A stretch of DNA of 64,000 nt from Myxococcota bacterium. GTDB lineage: Bacteria > Myxococcota_A > Polyangia > Nannocystales > Nannocystaceae. The position numbers and the translations under genes are program-made. Positions within the stretch are counted from its first letter, which is position 1. Every line of letters begins with the position of its first letter. The notes beneath the pieces were generated by a model. The model was not told the DNA's origin and searched no databases. It saw only the letters and a program-made list of their open reading frames with translations. The stretch lies in the NCBI GenBank assembly GCA_039028615.1, contig JBCCHT010000017.1, positions 96,001-160,000 on the forward strand, read 5' to 3'. This document shows positions 1 through 8,546 of the stretch, piece by piece.

Positions 1-1
1 G

Positions 2-679
2 GTGGTGGCGCTCGAGCACACCGACGCCCTCGTCGAGCTGTTGTCCGAAGAGGGCTCCGCGGTCGTGCCCGCGCACCAGGTGCTCTTCGCCGATGGCCTC
101 GCCGAGGTCCTGGCCGGACCTCGGCCCCGCGAGGTCGGCTACACCCGCTCGTTCCCCGCGAGCGCCCCCGACACACCGCGCTTTTGGTCCGCGGATGCGA
201 TGTTCCAGCTGCTGTATCACGGGCTCGTGTTGGTGGGCCGAGCGGCGGGCGGCGGCGTCGCGACGGTCGAGCAAGCGCGGATCTCCGGCACCTCTCGCCC
301 TCGCCGCGTCGACGCCCGGTTGCAGTACGCATCGACCACCGCCGAGCTGAGCCTGGACTTCGCGGGCTCGGCCGATGCGTTGCGGCTCACTCTGGGCTCC
401 GATCGAGCGTGGGCCCGGGTCGGCCGCGACATCACCACCACCCACGGCGGCATCGCTCGCCCCTACGAACGACAGCGGGGAGAGCTGGCCGGGATGCTGA
501 CCGCGTTCCACCGAGTCCTTCGCGGTGAGTCCCCCGAAGGCCTGCCCACCGTGGCAGAGGCGCTCGATGTGGCCGCGAACGCGCGCGCGGTCGTCGATGC
601 CCTGTTGCAGTCCGAGCCCCGCCTGGCCCGGGCTCCCAACGCTCCTCGCCACGCGCAGACCCTGCATCGCGCCCGTTGA
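2..679 (+). CDS. 5'-truncated protein, C-terminal part resembling the Gfo/Idh/MocA oxidoreductase C-terminal domain
   Basis: Open from the window edge. Ends in a 'LTAFHRVLRGE..GLPTVAEALDVAANARAVVDAL' helix typical of Gfo/Idh/MocA C-termini. Stop overlaps the next start (TTGA). Confidence 0.5.
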   Translation: MVALEHTDALVELLSEEGSAVVPAHQVLFADGLAEVLAGPRPREVGYTRSFPASAPDTPRFWSADAMFQLLYHGLVLVGRAAGGGVATVEQARISGTSRPRRVDARLQYASTTAELSLDFAGSADALRLTLGSDRAWARVGRDITTTHGGIARPYERQRGELAGMLTAFHRVLRGESPEGLPTVAEALDVAANARAVVDALLQSEPRLARAPNAPRHAQTLHRAR

Positions 680-2427
680 CCCGCGTCATCCTGGTGGGCG
701 ACGGCGTGGTGGCACGTCGATGGGCGGCGCTGATCGAACGTTCCCCGCGGCTGGAGCTGGCCCGACACGTGGCCCTGCGAGACTTGGACGCGGCGCTCGA
801 GGGCACTCCCGATGCGACCGTCGCTGCGGCTGTGCCCCCGCGGGCGGCCTTGGAGGTGGTGCAACGGCTGATCCAGCACGAGCGAGCCGGGCTCGTGCCC
901 TCGCCGTGGTTCCGCGGATTGGCGCGCATGGTGGACAACGACGGGCCCGCGAAGGCTTGGGGTGCGATCCAGGTGGCGAGCGGCTGGAACACGCTGCCCG
1001 GTGTGCGATGGCTGTCGCGTCAGGTCGCGGGAGCTCGGCACGTGTCGCTGGAGATCGGCGGCGTGCCCGGCTGCGACGACGGCGATCTGTGGGAAGTGCT
1101 GACCCGCGCCGCTGCCGTGCTTCGGCGGTGGACCGGTGACGGCCGCGTCACGCAGCTGCGCTCCCGCGGCACCGCCGAGCTGGAGTTCACGGTGGAAGGC
1201 CGAGTGAGCGCCAACCTTCGGCTCCGCACCCAGGGGCCGCGGCTGAGCGGCGTGGTGGACGGAGCGGCGGGACGACGCTGGCGACTCGACTGGCAGCCGG
1301 ATCGAGAAACACGAGAACGCAGCGCGGGGCGACGCGAAGCCGATCGGCACGTGCCCGACGCCGATGTGCGGGCGCTGCACCAGCTGCTCGATCCGAACGC
1401 AGCGGGCGGAGACTCGCTGCGCCGAGCCGCCGACGATGCGCGCTGGATGGAGCGTGAATTCTCCGACCTGCGCCTTCCCATCAGTCGCCGCGCCCTGGCG
1501 CACTCGACCCGGATCCGGGGGCAACGGCCGACCGATCTGCCGGGCGCGCTCGGGCTGCGCGGCCCCGCCCTCGATGCGCCGACCCCCGCGGACGCGCTTT
1601 CGGTCGAGCTACCGACGCTGCCCCTCGAGCTCGCCGCCCTCCGAGCGGGCATCAAGCCCGTCGCCTTCTTGACGCTGAAGCCTTCGGAGGAGGCCGCGGT
1701 CCGAGACGCCGTCACGGACTTCACCGTGGAGCGACGCGAGCGAGGCGTGCTGGTCGAAGCGCAAGACCAGTGGATCGACGACCGAGACCGCGGCGAGCGA
1801 CGCGTCGAGCTGTACATCTCGGCCGACCCGGACGCAGCCGCGACCACCGCCCGGCTACAGGCCGAGGGTGACCCCAGCCGATCGATCACCGAACTCGGCG
1901 CGCTGATGGGCTACCCCGCGTGCTGCGTGCAGGCGTTCGCGTCGCTCGACGATCGCAGCAACAACTCCCGCAATCGCTACTGGACCGCCGCCTGCACCGA
2001 GCACCCCGGCCCCTGGCCGTGGGAGCTGAACAACTTGTTTGCCACGCTGGTGCCCTTCTTTCCGTGCAGCTACCGCTGCGAAGCCGCGCTCGCGTACGCC
2101 CGCGCCACCCTGGCCGAGGCCGAGCGAGAGCAGCCGGGACTGACCGCGCGGCTCCGCCACGTCCTCGCGCGCCCCGTGCTGTACTTCGACCACGAGCACC
2201 AGGTGGTCATCGAGCCCACGGCCGAGTACGACGGCTCCCCCGGCCCGGTGCCGATCGCCGGGGCCACCGTGCCCACCTGGGTGAGCGCGGCAATGGCTCG
2301 TTTCGCCAGGGCCATCGGCGCATCGGGACGCCTGGAGCTGACGGACGCCGAACTACGCCTGGGTACACAGACCCTGCACCGCACCGACCCTGCGCTGGGC
2401 CTCGTCGCACCCTTCGGCACGGGGTGA
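676..2427 (+). CDS. Fusion of a degenerate Gfo/Idh/MocA-like Rossmann region and a DUF483-like domain
   Basis: N-terminal VILVGDGVVARRW. C-terminal LMGYPACCVQAF and FFPCSYRC motifs match DUF483-type proteins. Confidence 0.65.
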   Translation: MTRVILVGDGVVARRWAALIERSPRLELARHVALRDLDAALEGTPDATVAAAVPPRAALEVVQRLIQHERAGLVPSPWFRGLARMVDNDGPAKAWGAIQVASGWNTLPGVRWLSRQVAGARHVSLEIGGVPGCDDGDLWEVLTRAAAVLRRWTGDGRVTQLRSRGTAELEFTVEGRVSANLRLRTQGPRLSGVVDGAAGRRWRLDWQPDRETRERSAGRREADRHVPDADVRALHQLLDPNAAGGDSLRRAADDARWMEREFSDLRLPISRRALAHSTRIRGQRPTDLPGALGLRGPALDAPTPADALSVELPTLPLELAALRAGIKPVAFLTLKPSEEAAVRDAVTDFTVERRERGVLVEAQDQWIDDRDRGERRVELYISADPDAAATTARLQAEGDPSRSITELGALMGYPACCVQAFASLDDRSNNSRNRYWTAACTEHPGPWPWELNNLFATLVPFFPCSYRCEAALAYARATLAEAEREQPGLTARLRHVLARPVLYFDHEHQVVIEPTAEYDGSPGPVPIAGATVPTWVSAAMARFARAIGASGRLELTDAELRLGTQTLHRTDPALGLVAPFGTG

Positions 2428-2433
2428 CGTTGA

Positions 2434-4278
2434 TTGACAGTGCCACGTGCCCATGCGCAGGATCATTGGGTGCGGAGCGTGCGGATCACCGTCTTCCAGC
2501 AGGACGACCCGCTGTACCGGTTTTGCAATCGACGAGGCGCGGGCGGTCGTGATGCCGTGCCCTGGTCGGAGCTGATCTCCCAGGTCGAAGGCCTGTCCGA
2601 GGACACCAGCGTCACCTTTGCGGGCAGCGACCCCCTCGAGCACCCCGACTTCGCCCGCCTGCTCGAGCAATGCCCGCCCCAGGTCGAGGGTCGCAAGCTG
2701 CTCACCGACGGCTTCGGGCTCGCCCACACCGCGGTCATCGATTTCCTCGAGCGCTGCGGCGTCGGCGAGGTGCACGTGGTGATGCCCACCGTCGACCCGG
2801 ACCTGTGGGGCAAGCTCATGCGCAGCCTGGTGCGCTTCGAGGCCTGCGCCAAGGGCCTGGAGAACGCGGCGCACAGCAACCTGTCGACCTACGTCGTCGT
2901 GCCCCTGCTTCGGCCCACACTCCCGAAGCTCGAGGCCCTGCTCGACCGGCTCGACGAGCTTCCGATCAACGGAGTGCTCGTCGCCGTCCCCGAGATGGAG
3001 CGCGTGCCTCCGGCGCTGCGCCGCCACCTGCTGAGCTACCCCGAGGCCAGCCGCGCCATGGCCCGCGTGTTCGAGCGAACCCGGGCCATGCGACGCGAGA
3101 TCGGCATCTTCGAGCGCCAGCTCATCCCGCCCTGCGCCGCCGACCAACAGCTCGACCGCTACGGCGACCTGTTCAACCAACGACTCAAGCACCTGTCCAC
3201 TCGCGGCGCCCAGGGCATCCGGCGGATCACCGCCTGTGGCACCTGCGAGCTGGCGTCGTCGTGTCCCGGGGTCGACGACGCCTACGTGCAGACCCGAGGC
3301 CAGCGCGAGTTCCGACCCATCACCGTGGCCGAGGCCAACGGCTGGTACACCAAGCCCATCAATCGCCTCGAGGAGATCCAGTACACGCGGGTCTCGCCCT
3401 TCGAAAGCCAGCACACGGGCAAGCGCGGGCTGCTGCGGATCAACGGCCACTGCAACATGGGCTGCTCGTTCTGCTTCGTCGACCTCAGCCACCCCGACGT
3501 GCCCGAAGAGCGGCTGCTGGCCGAGGTCGATCGACTCGCCCACAGCGGCGTGACCCACCTCGTGCTGTCCGGGGGCGAGCCCTCGCTGCACCCGGGGCTG
3601 GCGCGGCTGATCGCTCGCGCCCGCGAGCACGGCATCACCGACGTCGAAGTGCAGACCAACGGCGTCAAGTTTTCCCGACGCGAGTACACCGAGCGCATCA
3701 CCGCCGCGGGCCTCACCACCGCGTGCGTGTCCCTTCACAGCTCCGACGCGGCCGAGTCCGACGCGATCACCAAGCAGCCCCGCGCCTTCGCCAAGACGGT
3801 GCAGGCCATGCACACCTTCCGTGAGCTCGGGGTCTGGACCCGCGTCTCCCACGTGATCAACAAGCTCAACTACGAGGACGTCCCGCGCTTCGTGCGTTGG
3901 CTGCGGGCCGAGTTCCCCGAGGGCATGTTGGACATCTGCTTCGCCCGCGCGCAGGAGATCAGCAGCCAGTCGTCGCCGTGGATCCTGCCCTCCTTCGAGG
4001 AGATCAAGCCCCACGTCAAAGACGCGCTCGATTTCTGCCTCGACAACGACATCACCTTCTCGGGGCTCATCGGCCAGGGCGGCTATCCCCCGTGCATGCT
4101 CGACGGCGACCTCCGCTACTACGAAAACGCGATGGACCAGATCCACCGTGATGCCGGAGGCGCCCGCGATTTCGTGAAGGCGGATCGGTGCTCGCAGTGC
4201 TCGTTCGATCAACACTGCGTGGGGGTCCGCCGGGCCTACGTGCGGCGGCACGGCGACGAGGAGATGCGCCCGTTTTGA
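2434..4278 (+). CDS. Tandem double-domain radical SAM protein (HxsC-like modules); start may be GTG 2479
   Basis: C-half has CNMGCSFC, GGEP, QTNG, YPPC and CxxCx5CxG. N-half has FAGSDP, LTDG, IPPC and CGTCELASSCPG but no CxxxCxxC. Confidence 0.85.
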   Translation: MTVPRAHAQDHWVRSVRITVFQQDDPLYRFCNRRGAGGRDAVPWSELISQVEGLSEDTSVTFAGSDPLEHPDFARLLEQCPPQVEGRKLLTDGFGLAHTAVIDFLERCGVGEVHVVMPTVDPDLWGKLMRSLVRFEACAKGLENAAHSNLSTYVVVPLLRPTLPKLEALLDRLDELPINGVLVAVPEMERVPPALRRHLLSYPEASRAMARVFERTRAMRREIGIFERQLIPPCAADQQLDRYGDLFNQRLKHLSTRGAQGIRRITACGTCELASSCPGVDDAYVQTRGQREFRPITVAEANGWYTKPINRLEEIQYTRVSPFESQHTGKRGLLRINGHCNMGCSFCFVDLSHPDVPEERLLAEVDRLAHSGVTHLVLSGGEPSLHPGLARLIARAREHGITDVEVQTNGVKFSRREYTERITAAGLTTACVSLHSSDAAESDAITKQPRAFAKTVQAMHTFRELGVWTRVSHVINKLNYEDVPRFVRWLRAEFPEGMLDICFARAQEISSQSSPWILPSFEEIKPHVKDALDFCLDNDITFSGLIGQGGYPPCMLDGDLRYYENAMDQIHRDAGGARDFVKADRCSQCSFDQHCVGVRRAYVRRHGDEEMRPF

Positions 4279-6221
4279 GCCCGCGCCGCATCGCGTTCCT
4301 GGTGTTCCAGAGCCTACGCAAGGGGTCGTATCTCCACGACGGGGAGATCTCGATGCTCTCGGGGCAGCTGCGGCTCGAGGGGGCCGACAACGAGGTCGTG
4401 GAGGCGGTCTTCGACGGCGCCAACGAGACCGAGAACACCGCGGTGCTGTCCCAGCTCGCCGACGCGCTCGCCGAGCATGCGTTCGACGTCCTGGTGTTCC
4501 ATCGCATCTGGGATGCCACCTTGCCCGGTCGGGTCCGCGAGCTGCTGGCGGCGCGTGGCCAGCAGCCCTTGTTCGTGCTGCATCCCACCAAGGAGATCGA
4601 CTCCACCGAGCCCTACGACTGCGTGCTGGGAGCCTCGCCGCTGCAGGCTCTGCGCGCCATCGCCAAGGCCCCCGATCCGCTCGGGCTTTCGGGGCTCGCG
4701 GGGCTGTCGTATCGCGATGCCGAGGGCACGCTGGTCGACAACCCACCCGCCGAGCCCGCGCCAGTCCAACCTCGCTGGGAGCGGACCTCCAACTTTCGCC
4801 GCATTCGCGTCAACCCCGAGGCCGCGGGTCGGCCCCCCGCGGCGGTGATCTACGGCAACCCCGGCTGTCCCTATCGCAAGCCCGTGTCCACCGTCGAGGT
4901 CTGGCGACGCCTGTCCCTCGATCCCGAGACCACCAACACCCGCGGCTGCGCCTTCTGTGACGTGAACCTGTCCGAGGACTGGCGCCACGTGCCCGAGATT
5001 GCCGCGCACTGCGTGCGGCAGATCGGCCAGGTCCAAGCCGATCTGCCCGACGCGTACGAGATGATCCTGCTCGATCAGGATCCCTTTCCGTACCTGCCCG
5101 GCCTCGTCCGGGGCCTCGCCGCCCAGGGGGCCCGACCGCTCCACCTGCTCATCCAGGCGCGCGCCGACCTGTTCCTCAAGCGCACCCACAAGTTCGAGGA
5201 AGCGCTCGCGCTCGCGCGCGACGGCGGGCATCGGCTCAGCCCCTTTTTGGTGGGCATCGAGAACTTCCACCAGCCCACCCTCGATTTTTACAACAAGGGC
5301 GTCACCGTCGAGACCAACGAGCAGGTGCTGCTCTACCTGCGCGAGGTCGGCCAGCGCTTTGCCGACGTGGTCGACCTCGACAAGATGTCGCCCGGCTTCA
5401 TCCTCTGGCACCCGTGGGTGACCATGGAGTCGCTACGGGTGAACCTCGAGGCGCTCGCCAACACCGAGCTCATGCGGTTTCGGCGAGAGGTCGTGCTGTC
5501 GAAGATTCGCCTCTATCCCGACATCCCGTTCTACTGGAAGGCCAAAGAAGACGGCCTGCTGCTTCGCTCCTACGGGGCCGAGGGTTTCGATTCGGCGGAG
5601 CGCTACGGATACAGCGAAGAGCACCCCTACCGCTTCGAACGCCCGGAGGCGCAGGCGGCCTATACCCTGCTCGCCGAGTTCTCGAACAAGCACGGCGCGG
5701 TCGACGAGCTGCCGCTGCTGGCCCTGGTGCTCGACTGGGTCGAGGCGCGCCGCGAGTATTGGGACGACGAACGACAGCTGGGTCTACGCCAGCCGGATGC
5801 GCTGTGTGAGCGCTTCGAGAGCGACCACGGCGGAGACATTCGGGCGCTGCGTCGCGGTCGAAGCGGTGGCGGAAACAAGCGCGACGCCACCGAGAGCCAG
5901 CGCCGAGAAGTGTTGGCGCTGCTCGGGGTGTCGGGTACGGGCACGCCGATCGGCTCGGGGCAGTTCGAGCTGGCGCGCATGTTCTGCCAAGACGACCGAC
6001 GCGAGCTGCTCTTCGCGCTCTCGGGACAGAAAAACCGCGTGTCCAGCGATCCCCGCTCGGCCGCGTTTCGGTTGTTCATCGCCCCGCGCTCCTCGAAGCC
6101 GCACTACATGCAGACGCGCGAGCTGAACCTGAGCTACTCGGTGCCCGGCGACGACCCGGCGGCCATGGCCGAGGTGGCCCTGCTCTGCGAGCGGATCGCC
6201 GCCGCCGAGGCTCAGGGATGA
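4275..6221 (+). CDS. Radical SAM protein with class B (cobalamin-binding-type) layout and a Cx26CxxC motif
   Basis: GCPY...RGCAFC, LLDQD, ARAD, VGIENF, YNKG and GFILWHPW motifs. TTG start overlaps the upstream TGA. Confidence 0.75.
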   Translation: MSPRRIAFLVFQSLRKGSYLHDGEISMLSGQLRLEGADNEVVEAVFDGANETENTAVLSQLADALAEHAFDVLVFHRIWDATLPGRVRELLAARGQQPLFVLHPTKEIDSTEPYDCVLGASPLQALRAIAKAPDPLGLSGLAGLSYRDAEGTLVDNPPAEPAPVQPRWERTSNFRRIRVNPEAAGRPPAAVIYGNPGCPYRKPVSTVEVWRRLSLDPETTNTRGCAFCDVNLSEDWRHVPEIAAHCVRQIGQVQADLPDAYEMILLDQDPFPYLPGLVRGLAAQGARPLHLLIQARADLFLKRTHKFEEALALARDGGHRLSPFLVGIENFHQPTLDFYNKGVTVETNEQVLLYLREVGQRFADVVDLDKMSPGFILWHPWVTMESLRVNLEALANTELMRFRREVVLSKIRLYPDIPFYWKAKEDGLLLRSYGAEGFDSAERYGYSEEHPYRFERPEAQAAYTLLAEFSNKHGAVDELPLLALVLDWVEARREYWDDERQLGLRQPDALCERFESDHGGDIRALRRGRSGGGNKRDATESQRREVLALLGVSGTGTPIGSGQFELARMFCQDDRRELLFALSGQKNRVSSDPRSAAFRLFIAPRSSKPHYMQTRELNLSYSVPGDDPAAMAEVALLCERIAAAEAQG

Positions 6222-6225
6222 GCCC

Positions 6226-6696
6226 CTACTGATTGCTGTTGCCGCTATTGCTGAGCGGACACTGCTCCAGCTTCTCTAGCATCTTGGAGATCTGCGTCTG
6301 CGTCATGACGCCGAACGAACACGCTCTTCGCTCCCCCTCGGAATTCGACGTATCGTTCCTGCACTCGGTGAACAGCTCCAGCTCGCGTTGAGAGTACTGG
6401 CGCATCGTCTTTTGCTCGGAGATGTTCTCGACCATCTTCTCCGTCGTGTCCTTGGGCAGGTCGCTCCCCAAGGCCGTAAAGGTGCCGTTCACCGCCTTCA
6501 TGCCGCCGAGCCAAGCCGACTGAGAGCAATCTTTGGGATCGATGTCGTCGAGCTTCTTGGCCATCTCGTCGCGGTTCGGGGTCTGGCTACTCGACGCCGG
6601 CCGCACGATGCCCTTCGCTCGGACGGCGGACGACGGGCGCACCGCCCAGGCAGCGCTCCGCGACACGGGACGGGTCAACACGGGCAATTTCTTCAT
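6226..6696 (-). CDS. Hypothetical 156-aa protein with an MKKLPxxxxPVxR leader-like N-terminus
   Basis: GAGGAG RBS before ATG 6696. Natural amino-acid composition with four Cys. Confidence 0.65.
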   Translation of the reverse strand: MKKLPVLTRPVSRSAAWAVRPSSAVRAKGIVRPASSSQTPNRDEMAKKLDDIDPKDCSQSAWLGGMKAVNGTFTALGSDLPKDTTEKMVENISEQKTMRQYSQRELELFTECRNDTSNSEGERRACSFGVMTQTQISKMLEKLEQCPLSNSGNSNQ

Positions 6697-6828
6697 CCGA
6701 CTCCTCGCTCCTCGCCCCCCTGCGAGCGCAGGCCGGGTGCGTTGCCGCAGCATCTCCCGCCCTGCGGTGGCGAGCCACCCCCCGTCCGGGGGGCCGCGAC
6801 CACGTGACCGCGCTACCATGGCCTCGGC

Positions 6829-7332
6829 TTGTCTTCGCTCGACGATCGCCTTCGCACCGTGCTGCCCGCCGCGGCCATCGAATCGCTCGATGTCTCGCGC
6901 GAGTTCGTCGGCCAGCGCGGGCTCGACCTGCTCAACCTGATCCTGGCCCAGACCAACATCGACGAGTTCCGCATCTACCGTTGGCAGAGCAGCCGCCTCG
7001 TCGTCGTGGGGAGCTTCGACCACTGCTACTACCACGAGGTCGCGGTGCACTTCGTGGACGTGGTCGCGACCCAGCTGCCCGAGTACATCAGCGCGCACCG
7101 ATTCCGAGTCGCCACCGCCGAGGAGCGCGAAGCGTTCTTCGAATGGGTGGGGCTCCCCGAGCCCGACTCGACGGTGGTCGCGATCGATGGCAATGCGGGT
7201 GGTGCCGACCGGGTGTTCTTCGTCGCGGCCTCGACGATTGAAGTCGATCCCGGCCTGGTCTTCTACTACGACCGCGAGGCACAGCAGCCGCTGTTGCCCG
7301 GGCAGCGCGTGGAGCTCCGCGAAGAGGCGTAG
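6829..7332 (+). CDS. Hypothetical protein (GSFDxxYYHExxxxF motif)
   Basis: Strong GC3 bias and globular composition. Confidence 0.65.
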   Translation: MSSLDDRLRTVLPAAAIESLDVSREFVGQRGLDLLNLILAQTNIDEFRIYRWQSSRLVVVGSFDHCYYHEVAVHFVDVVATQLPEYISAHRFRVATAEEREAFFEWVGLPEPDSTVVAIDGNAGGADRVFFVAASTIEVDPGLVFYYDREAQQPLLPGQRVELREEA

Positions 7333-7339
7333 CCCCGCC

Positions 7340-8242
7340 CTAGCGCACGAAGAGCAGGCCCTGCTCGCCGTTCAGCTCGGCGCCGCGCCAGCAATCGTTG
7401 TGCGCCAGGCCCCACCCGTTCGCACGCAGGCCGAAGCCGCTGGACCCCATGTTGTCGCGGAAGAAGAACACGTCGTCGCGCTCGGTGTAGCCGACGTAGT
7501 CCAGCATTCGAGGCGGGTTGGTGGGCGTGCAGTCACCCAGCAGCGTCCCCGCGAACGCGGTCGCCAGCGGCTCGTCCGCGTAGTTCTCGATGAAGTCGTC
7601 CGCGACCCCGAGCCGATACGCCCGCTCGAAGGGCAGCGATGCGTCGCTCGTGCGGTCGGTGACCAGCAGCTCGGTGAACGACAGCCCTCGCGACCATGCA
7701 TCGAGGGAGTACGCGTCGTTCATGTCTTCGACCGATCCCCGGGCCGTACGCCAGCCGAAGGGCTCCGACGCAGCCACGGGCGCGCTTCGACCCACCAGGG
7801 TCCAGCCGCCGCCCTCGAAGTCCATCAGGCAAAACGCCTCGTAGTCGACGCCCTCGGCATCGACCAGGGTGTGCACCCCCGTCGGCGTCGCGCCGTCCAT
7901 GGCGAGCAGCTCGGCGCACGAGTGAGCTGCCTCCGGTTCCGGACCCGTGGAGGCCGAGGTGGTGTCGGACGGCTCATCGGTCGTCGACGAGGCCATCGCA
8001 CCCGTGGACGCATCGTTCATCGGCCCCGTGGTGACGTCGGGCGTGGTGGCGCCACCCGACGAGCCGTCGTCGGGAGAAGCGGCGGTGGTCCCGGACGTCG
8101 ACGCCACGGCGCCCGTGCTCGAATCGCCGTCGATTGCCGCCCCCCCGCCGTTTCCGGCCGTATTGAGGGTGCACGCGGTCGTCGCGAGCAACACCGCAAC
8201 TCCCCCCACCAGAGTCCGCCCCGCCACGGCCCCATCATGCAT
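7340..8242 (-). CDS. Lipoprotein with a fibrinogen-like (CxMxxxGGGW) domain
   Basis: Lipobox-like TTAC, Ser/Thr linker, HSCAEL...[14 protein letters not shown]. Start uncertain. Confidence 0.75.
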   Translation of the reverse strand: MHDGAVAGRTLVGGVAVLLATTACTLNTAGNGGGAAIDGDSSTGAVASTSGTTAASPDDGSSGGATTPDVTTGPMNDASTGAMASSTTDEPSDTTSASTGPEPEAAHSCAELLAMDGATPTGVHTLVDAEGVDYEAFCLMDFEGGGWTLVGRSAPVAASEPFGWRTARGSVEDMNDAYSLDAWSRGLSFTELLVTDRTSDASLPFERAYRLGVADDFIENYADEPLATAFAGTLLGDCTPTNPPRMLDYVGYTERDDVFFFRDNMGSSGFGLRANGWGLAHNDCWRGAELNGEQGLLFVR

Positions 8243-8546
8243 CAAATATCGCGAGCCGCTATAGGACTGCCCGGCCAGGCTCGACGGAATTCGCACACCC
8301 GAAACGCCGCCGAAGCTCACTTGCGAATTCGCTCTGCGGAGCGCAACGAACTGTCGCCGCACTCCCTGTGGGCCGCGCGGCTAGGGCCAGCATCGTCGGG
8401 TCTCCTCGCACGCACGAAGCCCATGGGTGACGACGGTTCGAGTCACGAGGGGGTCGGACATCACGATCGTGGACACGTGAACCAGGCCCCCTCGAGAATC
8501 TCGCTCATCGGCGGCCGACATCTCCCAGATCCGGTGATCTGCTATC

